Shown here: positions 1 through 11,404 of the stretch, piece by piece
How the letters are laid out: each line of letters opens with the position of its first letter
Numbering within the stretch: position 1 is the stretch's first letter
Assembly: GCA_963730415.1 (NCBI GenBank)
Contig: CAVSSC010000018.1
Coordinates: forward strand, 28,273-92,272
Length of the DNA stretch: 64,000 bases
Source of the DNA: an uncultured Actinomycetota bacterium
GTDB taxonomy: Bacteria > Actinomycetota > Actinomycetes > Mycobacteriales > Mycobacteriaceae
Direction: 5' to 3'
Notes under the pieces: model-generated
Database searches by the model: none
The model's input: the letters and a program-made list of their open reading frames with translations, nothing else
Told to the model about the DNA's origin: nothing
Position numbers and translations under genes: made by a program

Positions 1-1275
1 GAAACGACCGAGGCTTTCGGCACCACCTACGAGGTTTCGCGGGCCAGCCTGGCGACCGGCGAATACCGCCAGATCTCGGGCAACACGGCACTGGCTTATG
101 GAATCGTCGCGGCGGGTCAGCTGGCTGATATTCCAGTCGTGCTCGGCAGTTATCCGATCACGCCGGCCTCAGACATCCTGCACGAGCTGTCCAAACACAA
201 GAACTTCAACGTGATCACCTTCCAGGCCGAAGACGAGATCGGCGGCATCTGCGCGGCGCTGGGTGCCGCCTACGGTGGTGCCCTGGGAGTCACCAGCACG
301 TCCGGACCGGGAATCTCGCTCAAGTCGGAAGCGCTCGGCCTTGGTGTGATGACCGAATTGCCGTTGCTGGTGATCGACGTTCAGCGGGGCGGACCCTCGA
401 CCGGCCTACCCACCAAAACCGAGCAGGCGGACCTGCTGCAGGCGTTGTACGGCCGCAATGGGGAATCACCGGTTGCGGTGCTGGCGCCACGCTCGCCGTC
501 CGATTGTTTCGAAACCGCGCTCGAGGCGGTGCGGATCGCGGTGTCGTATCACACCCCGGTAATCCTGTTGTCCGACGGTGCCATCGCCAACGGCTCCGAG
601 CCATGGCGAATCCCGGACGTCAGCACGCTGGCGCCCATCAAGCACACCTACGCCAAGCCGGACGAGCCCTTCCAGCCCTATGCTCGCGACCCGGAGACGC
701 TCGCTCGCCAATTCGCCGTTCCGGGCACTCCCGGCTTGGAGCACCGCATCGGTGGCCTGGAAGCGGCGAACGGCTCGGGCAACATCTCCTACGAGCCGGT
801 CAACCACGACCTGATGGTTCGGTTGCGTAAGGCCAAGATCGACGGCATCTCGGTTCCCGATCTGGAAGTCGACGATCCGACCGGAGACGCTGAGCTGCTG
901 CTGATTGGCTGGGGCAGCTCGTACGGCCCGATAGGTGAAGCCTGCCGGCGCGCTCGGCGCAAGGGCATCAAGGTCGCGCATGCCCATTTGCGCCATCTCA
1001 GCCCCTTCCCGGCGAACCTAGGTGATGTCCTGCGGCGTTACCCGCAAGTGGTGGCACCGGAGATGAACCTCGGCCAGCTGGCGCTGATACTTCGCGGCAA
1101 GTATCTGGTCGACGTGCAATCGGTCAGCAAAGTCCAGGGCGTCGCGTTCCTCGCCGATGAGATTGGGCGCGTTATCAGGGCCGCGCTAAACGGGACACTG
1201 GCCGAAATCGAGCAAGATAAGACGATGGTCGCCAGAATGGCGGCAGCAACGGTTGGAGCGGGAGCTAGCGCATGA
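1..1275 (+). CDS. korA: 2-oxoglutarate:ferredoxin oxidoreductase alpha subunit, 5'-truncated by window edge
   Basis: Frame 1 is open from nt 1 (ETTEAFGTTYEV...), so the Met at 139 in the track is internal. The sequence is a 2-oxoacid:ferredoxin oxidoreductase alpha-type protein (SGPGISLKSEALGL, GGPSTGLPTK). Its stop overlaps the next start (ATGA at 1272-1275). Confidence 0.9.
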   Translation, partial: ETTEAFGTTYEVSRASLATGEYRQISGNTALAYGIVAAGQLADIPVVLGSYPITPASDILHELSKHKNFNVITFQAEDEIGGICAALGAAYGGALGVTSTSGPGISLKSEALGLGVMTELPLLVIDVQRGGPSTGLPTKTEQADLLQALYGRNGESPVAVLAPRSPSDCFETALEAVRIAVSYHTPVILLSDGAIANGSEPWRIPDVSTLAPIKHTYAKPDEPFQPYARDPETLARQFAVPGTPGLEHRIGGLEAANGSGNISYEPVNHDLMVRLRKAKIDGISVPDLEVDDPTGDAELLLIGWGSSYGPIGEACRRARRKGIKVAHAHLRHLSPFPANLGDVLRRYPQVVAPEMNLGQLALILRGKYLVDVQSVSKVQGVAFLADEIGRVIRAALNGTLAEIEQDKTMVARMAAATVGAGASA

Positions 1276-2363
1276 CCGACGTGATCGGCAATCTGGCGGG
1301 CACAGACCTCGGGTTGACTCCGAGGTTGGCGAAAAACGACGGGGTGCCCGCTACGGATCAGCCGCAGAAGGCCAAGGACTTCACCAGCGACCAAGAGGTC
1401 CGCTGGTGTCCGGGCTGTGGTGACTACGTCATCCTCAACACCATCCGCAACTTCCTGCCCGAGCTGGGGCTGCGTCGCGAAAACATCGTGTTCATCAGCG
1501 GCATCGGCTGCTCCAGCAGGTTCCCGTATTACCTGGAGACCTACGGGTTCCACTCGATCCACGGCCGTGCGCCGGCTATCGCGACCGGTCTGGCGCTGGC
1601 TCGCGAGGACCTGTCGGTATGGGTGGTCACTGGCGACGGCGACGCATTGTCGATCGGCGGCAACCACCTGATTCACGCGCTGCGCCGCAACGTCAACATC
1701 ACGATCCTGTTGTTCAACAACCGCATCTACGGGCTGACCAAAGGCCAGTACTCGCCGACGTCGGAGGTCGGCAAGGTCACCAAGTCGACACCGATGGGGT
1801 CGCTGGATCACCCGTTCAACCCGGCGTCATTGGCGCTCGGCGCAGAGGCGACGTTTGTCGGCCGCGCACTCGACTCCGACCGCAACGGACTATCGGAGGT
1901 ATTGCGCGCCGCCGCAGAGCACCGCGGTGCTGCGGTGGTCGAAATCCTGCAAGACTGCCCCATCTTCAACGACGGCTCGTTTGACGTGCTGCGCAAGGAG
2001 GGCGCCGAAGAGCGGGTGATCTATGTCCGTCATGGTGAGCCGATAATCTTCGGCGCCGACGGCGAATACTGCGTGGTGAAATCCGGCTTCGGCCTCGACG
2101 TGGCCAAGACCGCCGACGTGGCTGTCGACGAGATCGTGGTGCACGACGCGCACGCCGACGACTCGGCCTACGCTTTTGCGCTGTCCCGGCTGTCCGATCA
2201 GAATCTCGAGCACACCGTGCTGGGCATCTTCCGCGACGTCAGCCGGCCCACTTACGATGACGCGGCGCGCTCACAGGTCCGTGCTGCGCGGACATCGACC
2301 CCGTTTGACGCCGTCGCCCTGCAATCGCTGTTGCGTGGGCGCGACACCTGGACCGTCGACTAA
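1272..2363 (+). CDS. korB: 2-oxoglutarate:ferredoxin oxidoreductase beta subunit (TPP-binding)
   Basis: 363 aa. It carries a CPGCGD motif and a TPP-binding [12 protein letters not shown] motif. It is translationally coupled to korA. Confidence 0.92.
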   Translation: MTDVIGNLAGTDLGLTPRLAKNDGVPATDQPQKAKDFTSDQEVRWCPGCGDYVILNTIRNFLPELGLRRENIVFISGIGCSSRFPYYLETYGFHSIHGRAPAIATGLALAREDLSVWVVTGDGDALSIGGNHLIHALRRNVNITILLFNNRIYGLTKGQYSPTSEVGKVTKSTPMGSLDHPFNPASLALGAEATFVGRALDSDRNGLSEVLRAAAEHRGAAVVEILQDCPIFNDGSFDVLRKEGAEERVIYVRHGEPIIFGADGEYCVVKSGFGLDVAKTADVAVDEIVVHDAHADDSAYAFALSRLSDQNLEHTVLGIFRDVSRPTYDDAARSQVRAARTSTPFDAVALQSLLRGRDTWTVD

Positions 2364-2364
2364 G

Positions 2365-2985
2365 GTGGGCGAGTCCGTGCCCGACGCAGTCTCACTGGCC
2401 GGGGTGGTGCTCGCTGGCGGTGCATCACGACGCATGGGCCGCGATAAGGCCAGCCTCCCGATCCCTGCACCTTCCGGTGAGGTCAACGCGACCACAATGG
2501 TCGAGTATGTGGTCGGCATTCTCCAACAGCGCTGCGACCCGGTTTTCGTGATGGCCGCCCAGGGGCAGCGGCTGCCCGAACTGCAGGCTCGGGTCATGCG
2601 CGACGAACTGCGGGGGCTGGGGCCATTACCCGCGACCGGGCGGGCGTTGCGTGCGGCCGCCGACGCTGGTGCTCGGCTCGCGTTCGTCTGCGCCGTCGAC
2701 ATGCCGTTCCTGGCCGTCGAACTCATCGATGATCTCACTCGCAGGGCTGTTGAGACCGGTGCGGAAGTGGTGCTGCCATGGGATGGCCAGGACCACTACC
2801 TGGCCGCGGTGTACCGGACTGACCTGGCCGACCGTGTCGACGCGCTGGTAGCCGCTGGCGAGCGCAAGATGCGTGCCTTGGTTGACGTCTCAGATGCACA
2901 GCGCATCGTGACGTCGGATTCGCGGTCCCTGACGAATGTCAACACCGACGCTGAGTTGCGCGCCCTAGCGCAGCCCCGCAGCTAA
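2365..2985 (+). CDS. mobA: molybdenum cofactor guanylyltransferase MobA
   Basis: N-terminal [19 protein letters not shown] signature. The track ORF (2176) overlaps korB. The likely start is GTG 2365 (alternative GTG 2377), just after the korB stop. Confidence 0.8.
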   Translation: MGESVPDAVSLAGVVLAGGASRRMGRDKASLPIPAPSGEVNATTMVEYVVGILQQRCDPVFVMAAQGQRLPELQARVMRDELRGLGPLPATGRALRAAADAGARLAFVCAVDMPFLAVELIDDLTRRAVETGAEVVLPWDGQDHYLAAVYRTDLADRVDALVAAGERKMRALVDVSDAQRIVTSDSRSLTNVNTDAELRALAQPRS

Positions 2986-3712
2986 GAGCAACCCCGCCCG
3001 GCCGCCGGGTCGCCGAAATTTTGTCGCACAGGCTCAAACCGTTGCCGCATAAATTCTGTGTAAAAAATAGCGCATCGTGAACCGTCCGCGAAAATTTCAG
3101 CAATTTTATTTGACGTAAGATTAATCTTTGCTTCCCGTTGTTCTAATGGCTTGGGACAGCCCGCGGATGGTGAAGACTGTCAATCCGATCGGCCGTTGTG
3201 ATCTGTTGGCGCAGCAGCGATTTCGGGATGACGATTGCACGTAGGCAGATGCTGCGGTGCAGCACGCTTGGCGTTGGCGGCAAACTCTAGGCCCTGCGGG
3301 CAAATTTGCTTTGCGTAAATCGCAAGAACGCATTGCTCTCTCAGGGCCACTTGGGAGTGGCGGCGCTGCGTCTGCGGCCATGGTTGCCGCCACATCGTCG
3401 GTGACGAGCGAAAGTCATTGCAGCGGTGTGTAATTAGGCGAAATCTGTTACCGGTATGGGCAATACGACAGTTACCAGCTATCGGACAGGTGTAATCGGC
3501 TGGTGCCGATTCCTCTATGACGAACACTGTTGTGACAGAATCTAATTCGATGAACCTCCCGGTAATTCCTGCTTTGTCCCGACGTGGCGTGCGACAGATG
3601 GGCGTAACTTGCTGTAAGCTCCGCCGGCTTGCCGTCAGTTGACCGGGTTCGTTAAAGCCATCGGCGGATGGGTGTCGTCACGGCAAATGCGTGTGCCAGC
3701 TCACAAAATATG

Positions 3713-3728
3713 CGTGATTCGGCTCACG
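3713..3728. promoter_or_regulatory. candidate CRP/FNR-type palindrome cGTGA-N6-TCACg
   Basis: The 16-nt sequence cgtgattcggctcacg is a perfect inverted repeat with the GTGA-N6-TCAC core. It lies about 400 nt upstream of rpfE in the ORF-free gap. This is a pattern match only. Confidence 0.2.
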
Positions 3729-4078
3729 ATTGAGTCGTGAAGGCTATCGATGGGTACGCGCCGAAAATGCGCAGCTGACCTGCGATAACAATTTCGCGAC
3801 TGCGCTGTAATTGGCTCGTTATCGAACCGAGATATCCGTTTTCCGAAGATGACGAATGCAGCTTGGTCTCGTACGGTCCCTGTTAGCCCGCAACGGGTTA
3901 CGTAAGAGTAACGCGAAAATTGAATCACGGACCCGCGTGTGAGCGGGGCTGCGGACGGCAAGAGCCCGCCCGCGGCCGGTGGGTAGCAGCCCGCCGGGCA
4001 GATCAGGCCCCCGCTGTCGTGCCCGAACGAGACGGCACGTCCCAGAGCACCTATCTCGGACAAACCAAGCACCTTTAG

Positions 4079-4675
<597 letters not shown>

Positions 4676-4713
4676 CCCACGGCCGCAATCGACGGCTTCG
4701 CCGTCATAGAGGT

Positions 4714-4746
4714 AAGGAGTGCCGGGCCTCGTGCCCGGCACTCCTT
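4714..4746 (+). terminator. stem-loop downstream of rpfE (putative intrinsic terminator)
   Basis: A perfect 14-bp stem aaggagtgccgggc / gcccggcactcctt with loop ctcgt, followed by a T-containing tail (ttatct). It lies 39 nt after the rpfE stop. Confidence 0.55.
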
Positions 4747-4804
4747 ATCTCCAGGGGTTGCTGCCCCGGACGTACCTGATTTCCGTCGGGTAGCGTCGGG
4801 GGCC

Positions 4805-6064
4805 GTGACCGCAACGCCGCGCGAATTCGAGATCGTGTTGTACGGGGCGACCGGCTTCGTCGGGAAGCTGACCGCCGAATACCTGGCAAGGTCAGGGCCC
4901 GACGTGCGGATCGCGCTGGCCGGCAGGTCAACCGAACGCTTGCGCGCCGTTCGCGACACTCTGGGCCAATCCGCGCAGTCCTGGCCAGTTCTGGTCGCCG
5001 ATGCCTCGTCGCCGTCGACGCTGAACGAGATGGCGGCCCGCACACAAGTCGTCGTCACCACGGTCGGGCCCTACACCCGCTATGGGTTGCCGCTGGTGGC
5101 CGCGTGCGCCGCCGCGGGCACCGATTACGCCGACCTGACCGGTGAGGCGATGTTTGTCCGCGACAGCATCGACCTGTACCACAAGCAGGCCGCCGATACC
5201 GGTGCCCGCATTGTGCATGCCTGCGGATTCGATTCCGTCCCTTCGGATCTCAGCGTGTATGCGCTATACCGGGCGGCACAAGACCACGGCGCCGGCGAGC
5301 TCGTCGGCACCGACCTCGTCGTCCGGTCCTTCTCCGGCGGGTTCTCCGGCGGCACCATCGCGTCGATGATCGAAGTGCTGAACACAGCTTCCCGCGATCC
5401 CGACGCACGCCGCCAACTTGCCGACCCGTACACGCTGAGCACCGACCGCAGCGCCGAACCTGAACTCGGCCCGCAGCCCGACCTGCCGTGGCGTCGTGGT
5501 CATCAGATCGCGCCGGAACTGGCCGGCCTCTGGACGGCGGGATTCGTGATGGCGCCCTACAACACCCGAATCGTGCGCCGCAGCAACGCATTACTGGACT
5601 GGGCTTACGGCCGCCAGTTCCGCTACAGCGAAAGCATGAGCCTGGGGTCGTCGTCGCTCGCGCCACTGGCATCCGCCGCGGTGAGCGGGGTCGCCAGCGC
5701 AACCTTTGGATTGGGCAGCCGCTACTTTCGGCTGCTGCCGCGTCGGCTGCTGGAGCGCGTCGTCCCCAAACCCGGGACCGGCCCGAGTGCGGCGGCTCGG
5801 GAGCGCGGCTACTACCGGATCGAGACTTACACCAGCACAACCAGCGGCGCCCGTTATGTAGCGCGCATGGAGCAGCGGGGAGACCCCGGCTATAAGGCGA
5901 CCTCGGTGCTGTTGGGTGAGTGCGGCCTTGCGCTTGCATTCGACCGCGACAAGCTCTCAGACCTGCGTGGCGTGCTCACACCCGCGGCCGCGATGGGTGA
6001 TGCGTTACTGGCGAGATTCCCCGCCGCCGATGTGACATTGCAGGTCGATCCGCTGGCCGAGTGA
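4805..6064 (+). CDS. saccharopine dehydrogenase-family NAD(P)-binding protein (trans-acting enoyl reductase-like, Rv2449c-like)
   Basis: 419 aa. N-terminal Rossmann motif VLYGATGFVGKL. Position between rpfE and valS matches the backbone order. Confidence 0.8.
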   Translation: MTATPREFEIVLYGATGFVGKLTAEYLARSGPDVRIALAGRSTERLRAVRDTLGQSAQSWPVLVADASSPSTLNEMAARTQVVVTTVGPYTRYGLPLVAACAAAGTDYADLTGEAMFVRDSIDLYHKQAADTGARIVHACGFDSVPSDLSVYALYRAAQDHGAGELVGTDLVVRSFSGGFSGGTIASMIEVLNTASRDPDARRQLADPYTLSTDRSAEPELGPQPDLPWRRGHQIAPELAGLWTAGFVMAPYNTRIVRRSNALLDWAYGRQFRYSESMSLGSSSLAPLASAAVSGVASATFGLGSRYFRLLPRRLLERVVPKPGTGPSAAARERGYYRIETYTSTTSGARYVARMEQRGDPGYKATSVLLGECGLALAFDRDKLSDLRGVLTPAAAMGDALLARFPAADVTLQVDPLAE

Positions 6065-6127
6065 CCCCGCTCACCTGCAAATTTGGGCACTTACACCGGG
6101 GTAAACGGTGCTCCCTAGAATTGACGG

Positions 6128-8764
6128 GTGACCGCCAGCCGCAGCTCCGCCACCGACCTGCCCAAGTCCTGGGATCCCGGTGCGATAGAGAGCGCGATCT
6201 ACCAGAAGTGGCTGGATGCGGGCTACTTCGCGGCGGACGCAACTAGCACCAAACCCGCGTACTCGATCGTGCTGCCACCGCCGAATGTGACCGGCAGCCT
6301 TCACATGGGCCACGCGCTGGAACACACCATGATGGACGCCCTGACCCGCCGCAAGCGAATGCAGGGCTACGAGGTGTTGTGGCAACCCGGCATGGACCAC
6401 GCGGGTATCGCGACCCAGAGCGTGGTGGAAAACCAACTCGCGGTCGATGGCAAGACCAAAGAGGACTTCGGCCGCGAGCTGTTCATCGAGAAGGTCTGGG
6501 ATTGGAAGCGTGAGTCTGGCGGTGCCATCGGTGGCCAGATGCGCCGGCTCGGTGACGGGGTGGACTGGAGCCGCGACCGGTTCACCATGGACGAGGGGCT
6601 GTCGCGGGCGGTGCGGACCATCTTCAAGCGGCTCTACGACGCCGGGCTGATCTACCAGGCCGAGCGGCTGGTCAACTGGTCGCCGGTACTTCAGACCGCA
6701 ATCTCGGATCTCGAGGTCAACTATGTTGACGTCGAAGGTGAGCTGGTGTCGTTCCGGTACGGCTCGCTGGAGGACTCGCAACCTCACATCGTGGTCGCCA
6801 CCACCCGGGTCGAGACGATGTTGGGCGATACCGCGATCGCGGTACACCCCGATGACGAGCGCTACCGCCACCTCGTCGGTACCAGCCTGCCGCACCCTTT
6901 TGTGGACCGGCAGCTCGTCATTGTCGCCGACGAGCATGTGGACCCCGAATTCGGCACCGGAGCCGTCAAAGTCACGCCCGCGCACGACCCCAACGACTTC
7001 GAGATCGGGCTGCGGCACAGCTTGCCGATGATCTCGATTCTGGACACCAAGGGCCGGATCGTGGATACCGGAACGCAATTCGACGGCATGGATCGTTTCC
7101 AGGCTCGTATCGCGGTGCGCGAGGCTCTGGCGGCCCAGGGCCGAATCGTCGAAGAGAAACGGCCCTACCTGCACAGCGTCGGACACTCGGAGCGCAGCGG
7201 CGAGCCGATCGAGCCGCGGCTGTCGCTGCAGTGGTGGGTCCGGGTGGAGTCGCTGGCCAAGGCCGCCGGCGACGCAGTCCGCAACGGGGACACCGTGATT
7301 CATCCCGCCAGCCTGGAACCGCGCTGGTTCGCCTGGGTCGACGACATGCACGACTGGTGCATCTCGCGGCAGCTGTGGTGGGGCCACCGTATCCCGATCT
7401 GGTACGGGCCCAACGGCGAACAGGTGTGCGTCGGTCCGGACGAGACTCCCCCGGAGGGCTGGGAGCAGGACCCCGACGTGCTGGATACCTGGTTCTCGTC
7501 GGCGCTGTGGCCGTTCTCCACGCTGGGCTGGCCGGAAGAGACTCCGGAACTGGAAAAGTTCTATCCGACAAGCGTTCTGGTCACCGGCTACGACATCTTG
7601 TTCTTCTGGGTGGCCAGAATGATGATGTTCGGCACCTTCGTCGGCGGCGACGACGCCATCACCCTGGACGGCCGCCGAGGCCCGCAGGTGCCGTTCACGG
7701 ATGTGTTCCTACATGGGCTGATCCGTGACGAATTCGGCCGCAAGATGAGTAAGTCCAAGGGCAACGTCATCGACCCGCTGGACTGGGTGGAGATGTTCGG
7801 GGCCGACGCGCTGCGGTTCACGCTGGCCCGCGGCGCCAGCCCCGGTGGTGATCTGTCCGTCGGCGAGGACGCCGTCCGGGCCTCGCGCAGTTTCGTTACC
7901 AAGCTGTTCAATGCCACCCGGTTCGCGCTGCTCAACGGTGCCAGCCCGGCGCCGCTGCCCGAACTTGCTGACCTGACCGCCGAGGACAGCTGGATCTTGG
8001 GACGGATGGAGGAGGTTCGCGCCGAAGTTGATTCGGCGTTCGACGGCTACGAGTTCGGCCGGGCCTGCGAGGCGCTCTATCACTTCACATGGGACGAATT
8101 CTGCGACTGGTATGTCGAATTGGCGAAGGTGCAGCTTGCCGACGGCCTCGCGCATACCACCGCCGTGCTGGCCGCGGTACTCGATACACTGCTGCGGCTG
8201 CTGCACCCGGTGATCCCGTTCGTCACCGAGGCGCTGTGGCAAGCACTGACCGGCGGAGAGTCGCTGGTGGTCGCCGACTGGCCGACGCCGTCCGGGGTCA
8301 GCCTGGATCCCATTGCCGCCCAGCGGGTCAGCGATATGCAAAAGCTGGTGACCGAGGTCCGTCGGTTCCGCAGCGATCAGGGTCTGGCGGACCGGCAGAA
8401 GGTGCCGGCCCGCTTGGTCGGTGCTGGGAATCTGAGCGCACAGGTGATGGCCCTGACCTCGCTGGCCACACCGGGTCCCGAGTTCAGCCCCTCGGCGTCA
8501 CTGGAGGTCCGGCTCGGGCCCAGCATGGACCACACCGTCCTCGAACTCGACACCTCGGGCACCATCGACGTCTCCGCCGAGCGCCGCCGCCTGGAAAAGG
8601 ACCTGGCCGCAGCGCAAAAGGAGCTGGAATCGACCACCGCCAAATTGACCAACGCGGACTTTTTGGCCAAGGCTCCGCAAGACGTCGTCGGCAAGATTCG
8701 GGACCGTCAGCGCCTGGCCCAGGAGGAAACCGACCGGATCAACGCGCGGCTGGCCGGGCTGTAA
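6128..8764 (+). CDS. valS: valine--tRNA ligase
   Basis: 878 aa. Class I HIGH motif ([13 protein letters not shown]) and KMSKS motif ([11 protein letters not shown]). C-terminal coiled coil. Confidence 0.97.
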   Translation: MTASRSSATDLPKSWDPGAIESAIYQKWLDAGYFAADATSTKPAYSIVLPPPNVTGSLHMGHALEHTMMDALTRRKRMQGYEVLWQPGMDHAGIATQSVVENQLAVDGKTKEDFGRELFIEKVWDWKRESGGAIGGQMRRLGDGVDWSRDRFTMDEGLSRAVRTIFKRLYDAGLIYQAERLVNWSPVLQTAISDLEVNYVDVEGELVSFRYGSLEDSQPHIVVATTRVETMLGDTAIAVHPDDERYRHLVGTSLPHPFVDRQLVIVADEHVDPEFGTGAVKVTPAHDPNDFEIGLRHSLPMISILDTKGRIVDTGTQFDGMDRFQARIAVREALAAQGRIVEEKRPYLHSVGHSERSGEPIEPRLSLQWWVRVESLAKAAGDAVRNGDTVIHPASLEPRWFAWVDDMHDWCISRQLWWGHRIPIWYGPNGEQVCVGPDETPPEGWEQDPDVLDTWFSSALWPFSTLGWPEETPELEKFYPTSVLVTGYDILFFWVARMMMFGTFVGGDDAITLDGRRGPQVPFTDVFLHGLIRDEFGRKMSKSKGNVIDPLDWVEMFGADALRFTLARGASPGGDLSVGEDAVRASRSFVTKLFNATRFALLNGASPAPLPELADLTAEDSWILGRMEEVRAEVDSAFDGYEFGRACEALYHFTWDEFCDWYVELAKVQLADGLAHTTAVLAAVLDTLLRLLHPVIPFVTEALWQALTGGESLVVADWPTPSGVSLDPIAAQRVSDMQKLVTEVRRFRSDQGLADRQKVPARLVGAGNLSAQVMALTSLATPGPEFSPSASLEVRLGPSMDHTVLELDTSGTIDVSAERRRLEKDLAAAQKELESTTAKLTNADFLAKAPQDVVGKIRDRQRLAQEETDRINARLAGL

Positions 8765-8774
8765 TGAGTGTTCA

Positions 8775-10220
8775 ATGACTGAGCCGTCCGAGTGGCCTGA
8801 GCACCGCGAAGCTACCAGCCTGGCTCCCACCCCGGACGAGATCGCGTCCCTATGGCAGGTCGAGCATCTGTTGGATCAACGCTGGCCGGAGACCCGCATC
8901 GAGCCGAGCCTGACCCGGATCAGCGCATTGATGGACTTGCTGGGCTCACCGCAACTGGCCTACCCGTCGATCCACATCGCGGGCACCAACGGCAAGACCT
9001 CGGTTTCGCGGATGGTCGACGCGCTGGTGACCGCGCTGCAACGGCGCACCGGGCGAACCACCAGCCCGCACCTGCAATCGGCGGTCGAACGCATCGCAAT
9101 CGATTCAAAACCGATCACTCCCGCCCAGTACGTGGCGACCTACCGGGAGATTGAGCCGTTCGTGCAGATGATCGATGCGAAGTCGCAGTCCGCCGGTGGG
9201 CCGCCGATGAGCAAGTTCGAGGTCCTGACCGCGATGGCGTTCGCCGCGTTCGCCGACGCCCCCGTCGACGTCGCGGTGGTCGAGGTGGGGATGGGCGGGC
9301 GTTGGGATGCCACCAACGTGATCAAGGCACCGGTTGCGGTCATTACCCCGATCGCCATCGACCACGTCGAATACCTCGGCGACGATATCGCCGGCATCGC
9401 CGGCGAGAAGGCCGGCATCATCACCAAGGCCGACGACGGTTCGCCGGATACCGTCGCGGTCATCGCACGTCAGGTGCCGGAAGCGATGGAAGTGCTGTTG
9501 GCCCAATCAGTGCGGGCCGACGCTGCGGTGGCCCGCGAGGATTCGGAGTTCGCAGTGTTGGGCCGTCAGGTTGCGATCGGCGGACAGGTGCTGCAGCTGC
9601 AAGGTCTTGGCGGGGTGTATTCCGATGTCTACCTGCCGCTGCACGGCGAACATCAGGCGCACAACGCTGCGGTGGCACTCGCGGCGGTCGAGGCCTTTTT
9701 CGGCGCTGGTGCGCAGCGCCAGCTCGACGTCGAGGCTGTCCGGGCCGGTTTCGCTGCCGTCACCAGCCCGGGCCGGCTGGAGCGCATGCGGAGCGCACCC
9801 ACGGTATTCATCGATGCCGCGCACAATCCGGCCGGTGCGGCCGCGCTGGCGCAGACTCTGGCCGGCGAATTCGACTTCCGATTTCTGGTCGGCGTGCTCA
9901 GCGTGCTGGCCGACAAGGACGTTGACGGCATCCTCGCGGCATTGGAGCCGGTGTTCGATTTCGTCGTCGTGACCCACAACGGGTCCCCGCGGGCACTGGA
10001 CGTCGAGTCGCTGGCGCTGGCGGCGCGGGAGCGGTTCGGACCCGATCGAGTCAGCACCGCCGAGAACCTGCGCGACGCCATCGACGTCGCAACCGCGCTG
10101 GTCGACGACGCTGCGGTGGATGGGCAAGCTGAAGCTTTCGCAGGCACCGGGATCGTCATCACCGGCTCGGTCCTCACCGCCGGGGCGGCACGGACCCTGT
10201 TTGGTCGTGATCCGGAATGA
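8775..10220 (+). CDS. folC: bifunctional folylpolyglutamate synthase / dihydrofolate synthase
   Basis: 481 aa. Mur-ligase P-loop HIAGTNGKTS. Position immediately after valS. Confidence 0.93.
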   Translation: MTEPSEWPEHREATSLAPTPDEIASLWQVEHLLDQRWPETRIEPSLTRISALMDLLGSPQLAYPSIHIAGTNGKTSVSRMVDALVTALQRRTGRTTSPHLQSAVERIAIDSKPITPAQYVATYREIEPFVQMIDAKSQSAGGPPMSKFEVLTAMAFAAFADAPVDVAVVEVGMGGRWDATNVIKAPVAVITPIAIDHVEYLGDDIAGIAGEKAGIITKADDGSPDTVAVIARQVPEAMEVLLAQSVRADAAVAREDSEFAVLGRQVAIGGQVLQLQGLGGVYSDVYLPLHGEHQAHNAAVALAAVEAFFGAGAQRQLDVEAVRAGFAAVTSPGRLERMRSAPTVFIDAAHNPAGAAALAQTLAGEFDFRFLVGVLSVLADKDVDGILAALEPVFDFVVVTHNGSPRALDVESLALAARERFGPDRVSTAENLRDAIDVATALVDDAAVDGQAEAFAGTGIVITGSVLTAGAARTLFGRDPE

Positions 10221-10624
10221 CCCACCCGGAGTCGCCTGAGAACCCTGAGGAGCGGGCCCCGGCGCCACCGGCAGACCCGTGGAAGAGCTTCAGTGCGGTG
10301 ATGGCCGCGACGCTGATTCTGGAAGCGATCGTGGTGTTGCTGGCGATTCCGGTGGTAGGCGCGGTTGGCGGTGGGCTGACTTCGGTGTCGCTCGGCTATT
10401 TGATCGGCCTGGCCGCACTGCTCATCCTGCTTGCCGGGCTGCAGCGCAGATCCTGGGCGATCTGGGCGAACTTGGGTGTCCAAGTGCTCCTGCTCGCCGG
10501 CTTCGCGGTGTACCCGGGTGTGGGATTCATCGGGGTGCTGTTCACCGGATTGTGGGCCTTGATCGCGTACTTCCGGGCAGAGGTCCGGCGACGCAGGCAA
10601 TACGGGCAGTTGCCGCCCGACTGA
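10217..10624 (+). CDS. small integral membrane protein (DUF4233-like, Rv2446c-like)
   Basis: 135 aa with about four hydrophobic helices. ATGA overlap with the folC stop. Confidence 0.75.
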   Translation: MTHPESPENPEERAPAPPADPWKSFSAVMAATLILEAIVVLLAIPVVGAVGGGLTSVSLGYLIGLAALLILLAGLQRRSWAIWANLGVQVLLLAGFAVYPGVGFIGVLFTGLWALIAYFRAEVRRRRQYGQLPPD

Positions 10625-10653
10625 TCGCCACCCGGTTCTGTACGCTGTCCGCC

Positions 10654-11064
10654 GTGACCGAACGGACACTGGTACTGATCAAGCCGGACGGCGTCGAGCG
10701 GCAGCTGGTAGGGGAAATCATTAGCCGCATCGAGCGAAAAGGCCTGACCATCGCTGCGCTGGAGCTCCGGCACGTCAGCCAAGATCTGGCCGCCCAGCAT
10801 TACGCGGAACACGAAGGTAAACCATTCTTCGGGCCGTTGCTGGAGTTCATCACTTCGGGACCGGTGGTGGCGGCAATCGTGGAGGGGCCGCGGGCGATTG
10901 CGGCGTTTCGGCAGCTCGCGGGTGGCACCGACCCGGTGGAGAATGCCACGCCCGGCACAATTCGGGGCGATTTTGGGCTGGAGACGCAGTTCAACCTGGT
11001 GCACGGGTCCGATTCGACCGAGTCTGCGAAGCGCGAAATCGGGCTCTGGTTTCCCGGCGCTTAG
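10654..11064 (+). CDS. ndk: nucleoside diphosphate kinase
   Basis: The true start is GTG 10654 ([16 protein letters not shown]...). The active-site region NLVHGSDS is present. The track start at 10279 is an artefactual extension overlapping the previous gene. Confidence 0.95.
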   Translation: MTERTLVLIKPDGVERQLVGEIISRIERKGLTIAALELRHVSQDLAAQHYAEHEGKPFFGPLLEFITSGPVVAAIVEGPRAIAAFRQLAGGTDPVENATPGTIRGDFGLETQFNLVHGSDSTESAKREIGLWFPGA

Positions 11065-11404
11065 CGTTGCGACGATCGGGGCCGCACCGGGCGCTGAGCG
11101 GGTTTGCTTAACTGCCCTGGATCAGGGGAGGGTGGGCCCGCCAAGTGATGTGGGATACTGATGGCGGGTGAACGTCGCCGGACCGGCGTCAGACACCCGA
11201 ATGAAGACTTAGACAAGCGCGACCATCGCCACCCCGCGTTGGTGCGCGGCATGTCAGGCCGTCATTCAGCACGGCGCCGAGTGAGTTCTACCTGAACGGC
11301 TCGGGGCGAGACCATCACAAGCCCGGGAGAAGTTACCCGGGTCCATAGCGAAGCCCTCGCGTGGCCGCGTTGCAAGAACGCGCCCGGGGGCTTGAGGAGA
11401 ATAC

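Noticed and set aside
6071-7387. 438-aa - strand ORF, plus several ORFs of 60-230 aa, within valS
   Set aside because: They are antisense or out of frame relative to valS, which carries intact HIGH and KMSKS motifs. Long spurious ORFs are expected at this GC content.
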